Positions 10,060 to 18,991 of a DNA stretch of 64,000 bases are shown in pieces. Position 1 is the first letter of the stretch. Every line of letters starts with the position of its first letter. The DNA lies in contig OZ253471.1 in the NCBI GenBank assembly GCA_965261715.1, positions 1,162,861 to 1,226,860 of the forward strand, given 5' to 3'. The DNA is from Dehalococcoidia bacterium. GTDB lineage: Bacteria; Chloroflexota; Dehalococcoidia; Bin125. The translations under genes were made by a program, and so were the position numbers. Below the pieces are notes generated by a model that was given only the letters and a program-made list of their open reading frames with translations, was not told the DNA's origin and did no database searches.

Positions 10060-10883
10060 GTTGCGGCGTTGATCACTTTCGCGTAGGTCTCGATGCGCAG
10101 GAAGGAATCGAGGCCGGCGTCTTTGAATTGCAGTCCGAGGTTCTCTAACAAGGTCGCCTTGTACTCGTCAACATCAATGCCCAGCGCCGCTACGTCGCCC
10201 TTGATGCGCCGCAGTCCGAGCGCTACGGCCCCGGCCAATAGCAACTGGCTTTGCCAAACGTAGAGTCGGCCAGTCGCGGGCAATCGCTCGATCATGTGAG
10301 GCAAAATCGTATGCAGAAAATTCACGTGCCGGACCTCATCGCGGAGGATGAGCCGGAAAATCTGTTTGGCCAGCGGGTCCACGTCTTCAAGCTCGAGCGC
10401 TTGCTGCAGGAACAGCGCCGCGAAATTCTCGCTGAAGAGCGTTGATATGAGCCAGTTCTCGACCCGGTAGAAGCCCCACGAGGACATGCCGCCAAACCGG
10501 TCTATCAGGAACTTCTCGGGCTTCGAGATGAATCCGTGTCCATCAACCTCGGTCAGATAGCGATCCAGCACATACACATGCCTCGCTTCATCCTGGCATT
10601 GTCCGGCGAGGTACAGGTTCAGCGCAGGATCGGGGATCTGATGCGTCGCCTGACTCATCATCACCTGGATGGTGTCGAGACCCATCACTTCAAGCCCGTG
10701 AAACACGTTGATCATCCGCAGCCAGGCGTCGCGACGCTCGTCCGGGATTTGCGAGCCTGCGGCCCAGTCGATGTCACGATCGGCATTCCAGAGTCGATCA
10801 CTCTGCTGTCGGAAGAGCATGCGGAAGGCGTCCGCCTGTTCGGCCGATCGGTGGGGGCGCACAGCGTTCGGAGATCGTCGCAT
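10056..10883 (-). CDS. Ferritin-like di-iron protein (AurF-like fold)
   Basis: Two ExxH motifs (DEARH, DEVRH) plus intervening Glu residues; DIDW motif; start overlaps none, stop overlaps the NUDIX start. Confidence 0.75.
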   Translation of the reverse strand: MRRSPNAVRPHRSAEQADAFRMLFRQQSDRLWNADRDIDWAAGSQIPDERRDAWLRMINVFHGLEVMGLDTIQVMMSQATHQIPDPALNLYLAGQCQDEARHVYVLDRYLTEVDGHGFISKPEKFLIDRFGGMSSWGFYRVENWLISTLFSENFAALFLQQALELEDVDPLAKQIFRLILRDEVRHVNFLHTILPHMIERLPATGRLYVWQSQLLLAGAVALGLRRIKGDVAALGIDVDEYKATLLENLGLQFKDAGLDSFLRIETYAKVINAAT

Positions 10884-10969
10884 AGGAAGGCAAGCCTCTG
10901 CCGAAGCATACTCATCAAGTCGCCGAACCGGGTTCGTCCTCAGACGCGGGCTGATCGTATACTGGCGCC

Positions 10970-11401
10970 ATGGCTGACGAAGGATTCGATCTCGAAGAGA
11001 CGCTACGCGCGCTGCGCGAGGCTGACGTTGTCGTCATCGGATTCGGCTGGTTGCAAGAACGCCTGCTGATCGACGGGCGTCGCAACGACTCTGAGGGACC
11101 GTACGTCCGTGTCGTGGAGCCGGTCCGCTCTCCGCAGGACCGAATTCGGGAGCTTCGCAAACTTCGACCAACCTTCGACGACCCCGAGTCCTTTGTTTTT
11201 TTTCCGTGGGCTGGACGCGTTGATTCCTTTGTCGAAGCGGAGCTCTTTGACCGCATTCTTGAGCGCTGCGCCGGCGATCCCACTGCCGAAGACGACGCTC
11301 GCGCCGCCCTCAGTCGCCTGTACCAACTCGACCGCGAGGACATTCGCCAGGCAATTTCGGGCGGCGACAAGTACCACACGCTCTACGAGCGAACTTCCTG
11401 A
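10970..11401 (+). CDS. Hypothetical protein
   Basis: 143 aa ORF; TATACT 6 nt upstream of ATG. Confidence 0.75.
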   Translation: MADEGFDLEETLRALREADVVVIGFGWLQERLLIDGRRNDSEGPYVRVVEPVRSPQDRIRELRKLRPTFDDPESFVFFPWAGRVDSFVEAELFDRILERCAGDPTAEDDARAALSRLYQLDREDIRQAISGGDKYHTLYERTS

Positions 11402-11437
11402 GATTTCGCTCGTTCACCTGTTTGTTACGTCCACGGA

Positions 11438-11466
11438 TTGTAAGTGTTAGCTGCTTGTCATAGGCT
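11438..11466 (+). promoter_or_regulatory. Sigma70-type promoter
   Basis: TTGTAA-17 nt-TAGGCT in an AT-rich intergenic region. Confidence 0.5.
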
Positions 11467-11504
11467 AAGACCATCAATGTGCATTTGATGACAAGGCGGA
11501 ACAC

Positions 11505-11726
11505 GTGGTCGAGCGAATAACGAAGGCTGACCGTCGCACTGAGACGACCAATCAACCGGTCGTTGCTGCGGCAGTTGAAGCGGCAGAATGCTCGCATTCT
11601 TGGGAGATCGACCGCCCCAATCAACAGGTGTCGCACGGCCGCTGCAGCAAGTGCGGCGCCGAAAAAGACTTCCTCAACTACGGCGAAGAACTGAGAATGC
11701 CGTTCGGGCGGCGTCGGCGCGCCTGA
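11505..11726 (+). CDS. Small putative zinc-finger protein
   Basis: CxHxW...CxxC (CSHSWEID...CSKCG), basic tail, own promoter. Confidence 0.7.
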   Translation: MVERITKADRRTETTNQPVVAAAVEAAECSHSWEIDRPNQQVSHGRCSKCGAEKDFLNYGEELRMPFGRRRRA

Positions 11727-11744
11727 ACCGGGCGACCACTCCGA

Positions 11745-12641
11745 CTACGGCGGTGGCGCGGTGACTTCCACTCGCACTGCGATGATCCGCTCGGTGCCGT
11801 AGACCGCGATCTGGTCGAATGCCGCCGGACTGAGCTGCAAATCAGTGTTGGACGATTCCGTGCCGCGCACGACGACCAGCGCCTCCGTTCCCACAACCTG
11901 TTCCTGTTCTTCGTCGCTCAGCAGCGTCGCTCCCGGCAATCGAACCAGTCGCAGCGTTGTGCCGATCGGCCAGCGAGAGGTGAACACGGTCGCCGGCTCC
12001 GTCGGATCGTAGTTGGCGCCGTCGGCCAGACTTCGCGGGATGCCAGAAGGAATCGGTTCGGCCGTGACACGTTCGGCGCTGATTTCCGCGCCGCCGATCT
12101 GGGCCGGCGTCACGAGTTGATTCGCGACGCTCGGCTCGATGGACGATACGGACACCGAGGGTCCGTCCGCCACATTCGCCGCTTGGTCAGAGTCAACGGC
12201 TGCTGCCTGCTGCGTCTGCGCTTGCTCGGTTGCTCCAGCGTCCGACGCTTCGTCGCCGGCGGATCCTTCCTGGGACCCCGTGGAGCCTGATTCCTCGGTG
12301 CTCGTCGAACCCTGCTCCGTCGCCGATTGCTCGGCAGCCGGTTGCTCCTCGGCTGCGCTTTGCTCTTCCGCCGTCGCCTCAGTGACCTCGGCAGATGTCG
12401 ACTCGTCGTCATCGATCAACAGCGTGACGCCGAAGTAGACGGCTACCCCAATGCCGCCGAGGATTGCCAGCGTAAGCATGGCGCCGAAGAGCTGTTTGAA
12501 TCGCGGGCCAAGCGGAGGCCGCTCGTTCGGCAATCTCAGTCGCTGATTTGAGTAGTGCCGAAAGTCGTTCGCGCCACGTATGCGAATCTGTGGGCTAGAG
12601 AAGTCATGCGCGCCGCGAGGCTCGCGGGAGTGATGGCTCAT
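11745..12641 (-). CDS. Membrane-anchored protein with acidic low-complexity linker and possible degenerate RlpA-like (DPBB) domain
   Basis: One TM segment, E/S/A-rich linker, WPIGTTLRL...DLQLSPAAFDQIA resembling the RlpA DLS..AF motif; start taken at MSHHS. Confidence 0.6.
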   Translation of the reverse strand: MSHHSREPRGAHDFSSPQIRIRGANDFRHYSNQRLRLPNERPPLGPRFKQLFGAMLTLAILGGIGVAVYFGVTLLIDDDESTSAEVTEATAEEQSAAEEQPAAEQSATEQGSTSTEESGSTGSQEGSAGDEASDAGATEQAQTQQAAAVDSDQAANVADGPSVSVSSIEPSVANQLVTPAQIGGAEISAERVTAEPIPSGIPRSLADGANYDPTEPATVFTSRWPIGTTLRLVRLPGATLLSDEEQEQVVGTEALVVVRGTESSNTDLQLSPAAFDQIAVYGTERIIAVRVEVTAPPP

Positions 12642-12730
12642 TACCGCAGAGTATGCGATCAGCCTGAACCTGAGGTAGCGCCGTGATCTTCGCGAGCGGC
12701 TCGACGTTCGATCCTCGGTAAGATGGAGGC

Positions 12731-13105
12731 ATGGCTGATCCCATCGAGACCAAGCGCATCCGCTGTCCAAATTGTTCCAAGCCGCTCAACGTCGGCGTGC
12801 CGCCCGAAACCGGTCGCACCCGGCGCGTCGTCACGATGTGTTCCAACTGCAACCACGACCTGGTGGTCTCCCGCGGCCAACAAGATGACGAGCCGATGAA
12901 GATCAGGGCCTGCATGCGTTGGGATGTCACCTGCCCGTACTGCAAGGAACCCAGCGTGGCCCGCGTGCCGCCCAAGGGCTTGCTGCGACGCAAGGAGACC
13001 GCTCCCTGCCAGCACTGTCACAAGCCGCTAATCGTCGAGCGTCGCGAAGAGGGACAACTCGTCTTGCGAGCCCATCGCGGCATTCTTGAAGGAACACTGC
13101 TCTAG
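12731..13105 (+). CDS. Double zinc-ribbon protein
   Basis: Four CxxC motifs (CPNC, CSNC, CPYC, CQHC) in two internally similar halves. Confidence 0.75.
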   Translation: MADPIETKRIRCPNCSKPLNVGVPPETGRTRRVVTMCSNCNHDLVVSRGQQDDEPMKIRACMRWDVTCPYCKEPSVARVPPKGLLRRKETAPCQHCHKPLIVERREEGQLVLRAHRGILEGTLL

Positions 13106-13278
13106 CGCCTGCTTTGCGCTCTTCATGCGTGATCAGATGTAATCGCTGCTACGAAAGACCTCTCTTGTTTCCGCAACGTATATGGCGCTAGTGACCGACT
13201 CGGCTCTCACTACTACAGTGCAGGAATACCAATTCTCGGCCCTCAGAAGACCGTCAGGGCCCCAGAAAGAGCGGGAAA

Positions 13279-14436
13279 ATGAGCGATTACGACCAGCGCG
13301 CCATCGAGATGCATCGTGAATGGGGCGGCAAGGTCGACTATGCCTCCAAGGTCACCGTCGAGAATCACGACGACCTCTCAATTGTCTACACCCCGGGTGT
13401 GGCGGCGCCCTGCCTCGAAATCGCCCGCGACCCGTCGCTGGCTCGCGTGATGACTGGTATTGGCAACCTGGTGGCCGTCATCACCGACGGCTCCGCCGTG
13501 CTCGGCCTCGGCGACATCGGCCCGCAGGCCGCGCTACCGGTGATGGAAGGCAAGTGCGTGCTCTTCCGCTCGTTCGCGGGCGTTGACGCCATTCCGATCG
13601 CGCTCTCGGTTCGCTCGGTCGAAGACATCGTGTTTGCGATCGAGGCGATTGCGCCGTCGTTGGGCGGTATCAACCTCGAGGACATCTCTGCGCCGCGCTG
13701 CTTCGAGATCGAGCGCCGGCTACACGAGTCGCTCGACATTCCCGTCATGCACGACGACCAGCACGGCACCGCCGTGGTCGCCCTTGCCGGCGTGATCAAT
13801 GCGCTGCGCGTCACCAACCGCGATTTCAAGGACATTCGCACCGTCGTTCTCGGCGCCGGCGCCAGCGGCATCGCTTGCTCTGCGATCCTGCACAAGATGG
13901 GCTGCGAGGACATTTCGCTGATCGACTCCAAGGGTCTGCTCACGGTCGATCGTGAAGACTTGAACCCCTGGAAGCGAGAAGCAGCCGGGTGGTGCGAGCA
14001 CCACAACAACGCCGACGGCAGCATTCCGCAGACTTCGCAGGTCATGCAAGGCGCCGACCTGTTCCTCGGCCTGGCCGGACCGGGACTCGTCACGGTCTCG
14101 GATGTCGCGTCGATGAACGACAACTCCATGGTCTTCGCGATGGCCAACCCGACGCCTGAAATCATGCCCGACTTGGCCGCCGAGGCCGGCGCTGCGATTA
14201 TCGCTACGGGTCGCTCAGACTTCCCCAACCAGATCAACAACGCACTCGGCTTCCCCGGCATGTTCCGCGGTTTGCTCGACGGCGGTATCTCCAAGGTCGA
14301 GGACGCGCACAAGATTGCCGCAGCTCGGGCGATCGCCGACTTCGTCACCGACCCCTCGCCGGACCGCATCGTGCCAAGCATCTTCGAAGACGGTCTGGCC
14401 CAAAAGGTTGCCGACGCGGTCCAGGCGTCTGGCTAG
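13279..14436 (+). CDS. NAD(P)-dependent malic enzyme (short form, no PTA domain)
   Basis: YTPGVA, TDGSAVLGLG, INLEDI, HDDQHGTA, GAGASG, ANPTPE, NQINN. Confidence 0.95.
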   Translation: MSDYDQRAIEMHREWGGKVDYASKVTVENHDDLSIVYTPGVAAPCLEIARDPSLARVMTGIGNLVAVITDGSAVLGLGDIGPQAALPVMEGKCVLFRSFAGVDAIPIALSVRSVEDIVFAIEAIAPSLGGINLEDISAPRCFEIERRLHESLDIPVMHDDQHGTAVVALAGVINALRVTNRDFKDIRTVVLGAGASGIACSAILHKMGCEDISLIDSKGLLTVDREDLNPWKREAAGWCEHHNNADGSIPQTSQVMQGADLFLGLAGPGLVTVSDVASMNDNSMVFAMANPTPEIMPDLAAEAGAAIIATGRSDFPNQINNALGFPGMFRGLLDGGISKVEDAHKIAAARAIADFVTDPSPDRIVPSIFEDGLAQKVADAVQASG

Positions 14437-15377
14437 TCGCCTCTTTGGTCGTCGGAGTTGACCTCGGGACCTCGCCGATACACGTCGAGAGCCTGGGCCA
14501 GCGCTGCCCGCACCCCCAGGAGCGGTGCGTAGCCCAGCGACACCCTCGCCTTTGAGTCGTCTACGAGATGTGGTCGGCCCGTCAGTGAGATGTAGGAGTC
14601 GACGCCTTCCGGCTCGGGCAGTACCCAGCCGGACAGCCTGAGCGCGTTCAGCGCCTGAGCCAGCGGGTACGGCGCGTTCCAGAATCGCTCTTCAACTCCC
14701 CGCAGTTGACAGGCTTCGACGGCGAGTTCTCGCCACGTCGTGTGCGCCGACGCCACGTGAAACACCTGATCGACCGCCTCTTCTGGTTGACTCAGCATTG
14801 CCCAGACCGCCCGGCCCAGATCTGCGCCGGCCAGAATCGACACTGGCGCCTCGCCTCCCGAGACCAGGGCTGCCCGCGGTCGAGAAACGAAGTGTCGGAT
14901 GATCTTCATCACCGGACCGCCGCCATCGGCGATCACCGGCGCTGGACGCAGGATCGAGAGCGGCACGCGGCGCCGATAGGTTCTCGCCACCCGCTCGGCC
15001 GCGACTCGGCTCTGGAGCGCCGGACCCAGCGGCCGCGGAACCCAGCTCTCTGTCACGGGCCAAGGTGGCAGACGTCGACCATAGGTCTCCGTCGTGGAGA
15101 TCAAGATGACCTGTTCGAGGTCCTGCTGCCGGCAGGCGTCCAACAGCGCCGTCGTGGTGTGAACGTTCGCCGCGGTGTAGTCGGCAGCGGTTCGACCAGG
15201 CTCGACCTGGGACGCAGCATGGACGACGTGCGTCGCTCCATCGAGCCGCATTTCAAGTTCGTCAGCCGAATCGATTTCCAACAGCGCAAGCTCAACGTCG
15301 TGGCGTTGGAGCTCGCTCAGTACCGCCAGTCCGACCGGTTGCTTGGCGCCGGTCAGCACAATTCGCAGCGTTGACAT
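14433..15377 (-). CDS. NAD-dependent epimerase/dehydratase-like extended SDR with degenerate motifs
   Basis: IVLTG, VVHAA, ANV..T, IST..TYG, SILRP; YxxxK appears as LQSR. Confidence 0.75.
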   Translation of the reverse strand: MSTLRIVLTGAKQPVGLAVLSELQRHDVELALLEIDSADELEMRLDGATHVVHAASQVEPGRTAADYTAANVHTTTALLDACRQQDLEQVILISTTETYGRRLPPWPVTESWVPRPLGPALQSRVAAERVARTYRRRVPLSILRPAPVIADGGGPVMKIIRHFVSRPRAALVSGGEAPVSILAGADLGRAVWAMLSQPEEAVDQVFHVASAHTTWRELAVEACQLRGVEERFWNAPYPLAQALNALRLSGWVLPEPEGVDSYISLTGRPHLVDDSKARVSLGYAPLLGVRAALAQALDVYRRGPEVNSDDQRGD

Positions 15378-15458
15378 CTGGTCGAACTCCCCGACCGAGG
15401 TAGCTGGTAGCCTCGCCTCTGCATCAGAAGCGTACGTGTTGCTGATTCGGAGGACTCG

Positions 15459-16241
15459 ATGCCGACCCTGGAACGACCAAACTGCGACATCCACTACGAG
15501 GAGACCGGCAGCGGTCCGGCCATCATCTTCGCCCACGGTGCCGGAGGCAATCACCTCTCATGGTGGCAACAAGTGCCGGTGTTCGCCAAGTCCTACCGAT
15601 GCGTGGCCTTCGATCACCGTGGTTGGGGACGCAGCATTCCAACGGGCGGCCCCGGACCGGCCGCGTTCGTTGATGATCTGCTCGCGCTGATGGACGAGTT
15701 ACGCATCGAACAGGCCGCGCTGGTCGCTCAGTCAATGGGTGGCTGGAGTTGTCTTGGAGCGGCTGTTCGCGCGCCGGAGCGTGTTGCGGCCCTGGTCATG
15801 GCTGACACCATTGGTGGTCTGATGACGGACGCAATACGTCCGTCCTGGGAAGCGACCCGCGCCAGACTTCAGACCGAGGGTCTGGCAACTCTGGCGTTCG
15901 ACCAGAGCCTGCGAGAGCGAGATCCAGCCCTGGCGTTCCTCTATGACGAGATCATGGCACTGAATCCACCGCGCGATCCGGCCTTAACCGGTGCGCTCTC
16001 GGAGCTGGCTCCTGATCCCGACGCCGTCTCCAAGCTCTCAATGCCAATCCTCTGGGTCGTTGGTGGCAACGATCCGCTGATACCTCCGGAGGCGATGCGC
16101 GCGGCCCATGCGCACGTGCCGGGATCGCAGTACTACGAGATTCCAGCGACCGGCCACAGCGTCTACTTCGAGCGCGCCGAGGAATTCAACGGCCAACTCA
16201 TCCGATTCCTGGTTGACGCTGGCTGGGGCAACGGTATCTAG
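15459..16241 (+). CDS. Alpha/beta hydrolase
   Basis: HGAGG, FDHRGWGRS, AQSMGG, GHSVYFE; GGAGG RBS. Confidence 0.9.
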   Translation: MPTLERPNCDIHYEETGSGPAIIFAHGAGGNHLSWWQQVPVFAKSYRCVAFDHRGWGRSIPTGGPGPAAFVDDLLALMDELRIEQAALVAQSMGGWSCLGAAVRAPERVAALVMADTIGGLMTDAIRPSWEATRARLQTEGLATLAFDQSLRERDPALAFLYDEIMALNPPRDPALTGALSELAPDPDAVSKLSMPILWVVGGNDPLIPPEAMRAAHAHVPGSQYYEIPATGHSVYFERAEEFNGQLIRFLVDAGWGNGI

Positions 16242-16487
16242 GAAGGCGCTGAGCAACTCTGATCCCTTCTCCCCCCCTTGCGGGGGGAGATGTCACGGAG
16301 TGACAGAAGGGGGGTCCGCCGCCAGCGACCAGATAGGCACTGCGAGAGGGAGCCCCCCTCTGCCTCCGGCGTCTCCCCCGGGAGGGGGGAGAAGAGGAGT
16401 TTCGCAAAGGTCTCCTCGCGGGGCAAGCTGCCGCAGGCCGAGGGGGGTCCCAGATCGGCTACCGACGTGAGTTATTCACAGGATTCT
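16241..16487. mobile_element. TA-flanked MITE-like element with nested second element
   Basis: Imperfect TIRs GGAAGGCGCTGAGCAACT / AGTTATTCACAGGATTCT flanked by TA; inner end CAAAGGTCTC at 16414. Confidence 0.75.
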
Positions 16488-16517
16488 TAGGAATCAGCTG
16501 AAGGTTCCGAGCCTGCG

Positions 16518-17912
16518 TTATCCGAATGGGTTCCAGGTCAGGGCGAGCGCATGTTCAAGCGCTACCTGCTGATAGTTGAGCGACGGGTCCCAGAGCATGA
16601 ACCCAATCCCGCCGGCAGTCGCAGTCGCTCTGATCTGGGCCAGCACTTCCTCGGCGTAGTAGGGCAGATTGCGGGCCTGGTAGTCGCGGAAGTCCTGCAG
16701 CCAGGGCCGGACCAACGCCGAGCCATGCTCCTTGACCAGATCAACGGTCGCCTCGACATTCAACCGGACCACGGTCCCCGGGTGCTCCGGCGGATACTCG
16801 AATCCGAACGAGCCCGGAGACCAACCACTCGGATAGACCATCGGCGACACGTAGTCGAGGTGCGGAGCCAGACCTTCGACCGATTGTCCGATGCCCTGAT
16901 CGTTTCCGGCCGTCGAGATCACCCCGAACGTGTCGAACGAGACGGCCAGTCCGGCCAAGTGCAGCGCCTCGCTGGCCTCGCGAGCGAAACGAGTAATGGC
17001 CGCCACGCGATCAGCCTCGGTATTCTCGAGCCGCTCGCGCAGTCCGTTCTCGTACGGCAAACGTACGTAGTCATACTGGATCTCTTCGACGTAGTCAGCG
17101 GCCGCGACTCCGATCTCGATGTTGTATCTGCGGGCGCCGGACATATAGGCCGAGGACCAGGTAATACCCATGCCATCCTTGAACAGTCCTCCGGAAACGT
17201 GGTGCAGAGCATTGTCATGGAACCACCGGGGATATGTGTCGTCGAGGAACGTCACTACCCGGCCGATCCGGTAGACGCCCTTGTTCTCAAGCTCTTCAAG
17301 GAATGCGGCGACTGATTCGCCATTGCGGGCTGCCTTGATCTGTTCGACCGTCGGCGTCGATGCCAACGAGAACACCTGACCTGATTCATCTTTCAAGTCA
17401 ACAACCACTGCATTGATCAGATCGCGGTCAACGAGATCATGCGCCCAGGCCTGTACGGCCGGCTTGGTGACCTCGCTGAAGGGGATATAAATCGCCCGTA
17501 CGACAAGATTCCGCAGCACAACGACCGACTGGTCGTAGTAGATCGGACGCCTGACGGTGTCGTAGCCGGGCTGGACGATCGACAGCGAACCGCTCCGCTC
17601 GTCGGGGCTGAACTCGAATCGCCCGCTGCTATCCGTTCGGACCAGGGCATTCCCGGTAGAAACTCGGGCTTGGGATGCCGGTCGCAGTCGTCCTTGATCC
17701 CAAACGTAGACCCTGCCGCTCAAACTCTTGGTGAAGGTGGCCGCTGAAGTAATCGCGGTTGACTTTTCAACCAGGGGATATTCCGCAATCTCGGGGTCTT
17801 CGGCAGCAACAATGTTCAGCGCAGCGCCGGCGACAAACGCCACCAGCACCACTGAGGTGATGAGAATGAATCGGAGGAAACGAACCGTCCGCAATCTATC
17901 TTGAACAAACAC
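16518..17912 (-). CDS. Exported putative glycoside hydrolase (DUF4015-like)
   Basis: N-terminal TM/signal, VVDLKD, EIQYDYVR, SPMVYPS, RPWLQDF. Confidence 0.8.
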   Translation of the reverse strand: MFVQDRLRTVRFLRFILITSVVLVAFVAGAALNIVAAEDPEIAEYPLVEKSTAITSAATFTKSLSGRVYVWDQGRLRPASQARVSTGNALVRTDSSGRFEFSPDERSGSLSIVQPGYDTVRRPIYYDQSVVVLRNLVVRAIYIPFSEVTKPAVQAWAHDLVDRDLINAVVVDLKDESGQVFSLASTPTVEQIKAARNGESVAAFLEELENKGVYRIGRVVTFLDDTYPRWFHDNALHHVSGGLFKDGMGITWSSAYMSGARRYNIEIGVAAADYVEEIQYDYVRLPYENGLRERLENTEADRVAAITRFAREASEALHLAGLAVSFDTFGVISTAGNDQGIGQSVEGLAPHLDYVSPMVYPSGWSPGSFGFEYPPEHPGTVVRLNVEATVDLVKEHGSALVRPWLQDFRDYQARNLPYYAEEVLAQIRATATAGGIGFMLWDPSLNYQQVALEHALALTWNPFG

Positions 17913-17950
17913 CTTTTGTGCCTTACTTCAATCAAAGATCACCCCTACCG

Positions 17951-18014
17951 CTATCCACATTGTACACATAATCGCTTGACCATTTTATTCACAGTATCCA
18001 CATCTTGTGGAAGG
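17951..18014. promoter_or_regulatory. Cluster of five DnaA-box-like 9-mers
   Basis: CTATCCACA, TTGTACACA, TTATTCACA, GTATCCACA on + and CCTTCCACA on -. Confidence 0.6.
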
Positions 18015-18050
18015 TCCCGTAGACCAACGTGGCATCTCAAGCGAAACTCG

Positions 18051-18407
18051 TTAGCCTGCCTGTTCTTCATTTCCCTCGGCGGCGGCCTTGAGGTTGAGCA
18101 GACCCTGTGCAGCAGCGGCCTCGAGCGGGCGCATGCCTCGTCCAAACAGGAAGACGTTGCTCAACCGCCAACGCCAACCGATCGGCCGCACATTGTCACT
18201 GACGGCGCACTGGTCACCTCGCCGCTCCAGTTGATACGCATGCTGCACCCGAAATCCGATGCCCATATGCACTTCCAGCAGGAGCTCGCGCTCTCGCACC
18301 TCGGACAGCACGAGAGCTTGGCCTTCCTCAACGCCCGCCTGTGCCTCCGAGCGGAGCAGGTTCCAAACGCGTTCGGCTGGGGCCGAGATGTCGAGCGGCT
18401 CAATCAT
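18051..18407 (-). CDS. SRPBCC/START-like small protein
   Basis: ISAPAERVWNLL at the N-terminus and C-terminal helix LLNLKAAAE. Confidence 0.7.
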   Translation of the reverse strand: MIEPLDISAPAERVWNLLRSEAQAGVEEGQALVLSEVRERELLLEVHMGIGFRVQHAYQLERRGDQCAVSDNVRPIGWRWRLSNVFLFGRGMRPLEAAAAQGLLNLKAAAEGNEEQAG

Positions 18408-18978
18408 CGGACGCCAATCGCTCGATCAGACGGCAAACTTCGCTCATATTCGTGCAGCGAATGACACCGGATGGATACGTCAGATCGCGATTGCGCGGCC
18501 ATGTCACGAGCGCGGACGAAACCCCATTGCGGGCCAACAGCGCAGCCGTCGCGGCGTCGTCGTCAACGTGTAGCGCCACATCCTGTCCGCTCAGATACGC
18601 CTCCTTGTAGCGGGCCGATTTGAGGCGGGAGCCGTTCATGATCAACACGTCGATCCACTCTGCGAATCCATGTTGCTCAAGCCAATCCTGTGTCTGTCGC
18701 CGTCCTCGTTCGTGTCGACCGGTGAGAACAATCACGCTCCCTCGCTCCGCAGCCAATCGCACAGCCTCAAGCGCGTCAGGGCGTGGAGGTCGCAGCAGAT
18801 AGCGGAAGCGATACCAGGTCGCACTTAAGACACGGTCAATCGGATCTTCGGCGTGCGCCGGTGGCAAGATTGCATCCCCATTTGGCTGCAGCCCCACATC
18901 TCGATTGATCGCCGGATTCCATCCAAACGGTGGCTCCGCTAATACCCCGTCCAGATCGAATGACCACAGGCTCGGCAT
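18400..18978 (-). CDS. HAD-like phosphatase/nucleotidase
   Basis: FDLDGVL, LTGR, TQDWL, K, HVDD. Confidence 0.8.
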   Translation of the reverse strand: MPSLWSFDLDGVLAEPPFGWNPAINRDVGLQPNGDAILPPAHAEDPIDRVLSATWYRFRYLLRPPRPDALEAVRLAAERGSVIVLTGRHERGRRQTQDWLEQHGFAEWIDVLIMNGSRLKSARYKEAYLSGQDVALHVDDDAATAALLARNGVSSALVTWPRNRDLTYPSGVIRCTNMSEVCRLIERLASDD

Positions 18979-18991
18979 TTGAATCCTGTGA

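Noticed and set aside
10924-10936. CGAAC-CGG-GTTCG as a LexA box
   Set aside because: Spacer is 3 nt rather than 4, and no such box was seen upstream of dinB
16471-16480. TTATTCACA DnaA-box matches at about 16472 and 22409
   Set aside because: Single matches inside repeat termini, most likely coincidental
16108-16490. Short ORFs with SPPCGGRCHGVTEGG / GEMSRSDRGG peptides (also near 22224, 49711-50223 and 63777)
   Set aside because: These are translations of the dispersed palindromic repeats, not genes
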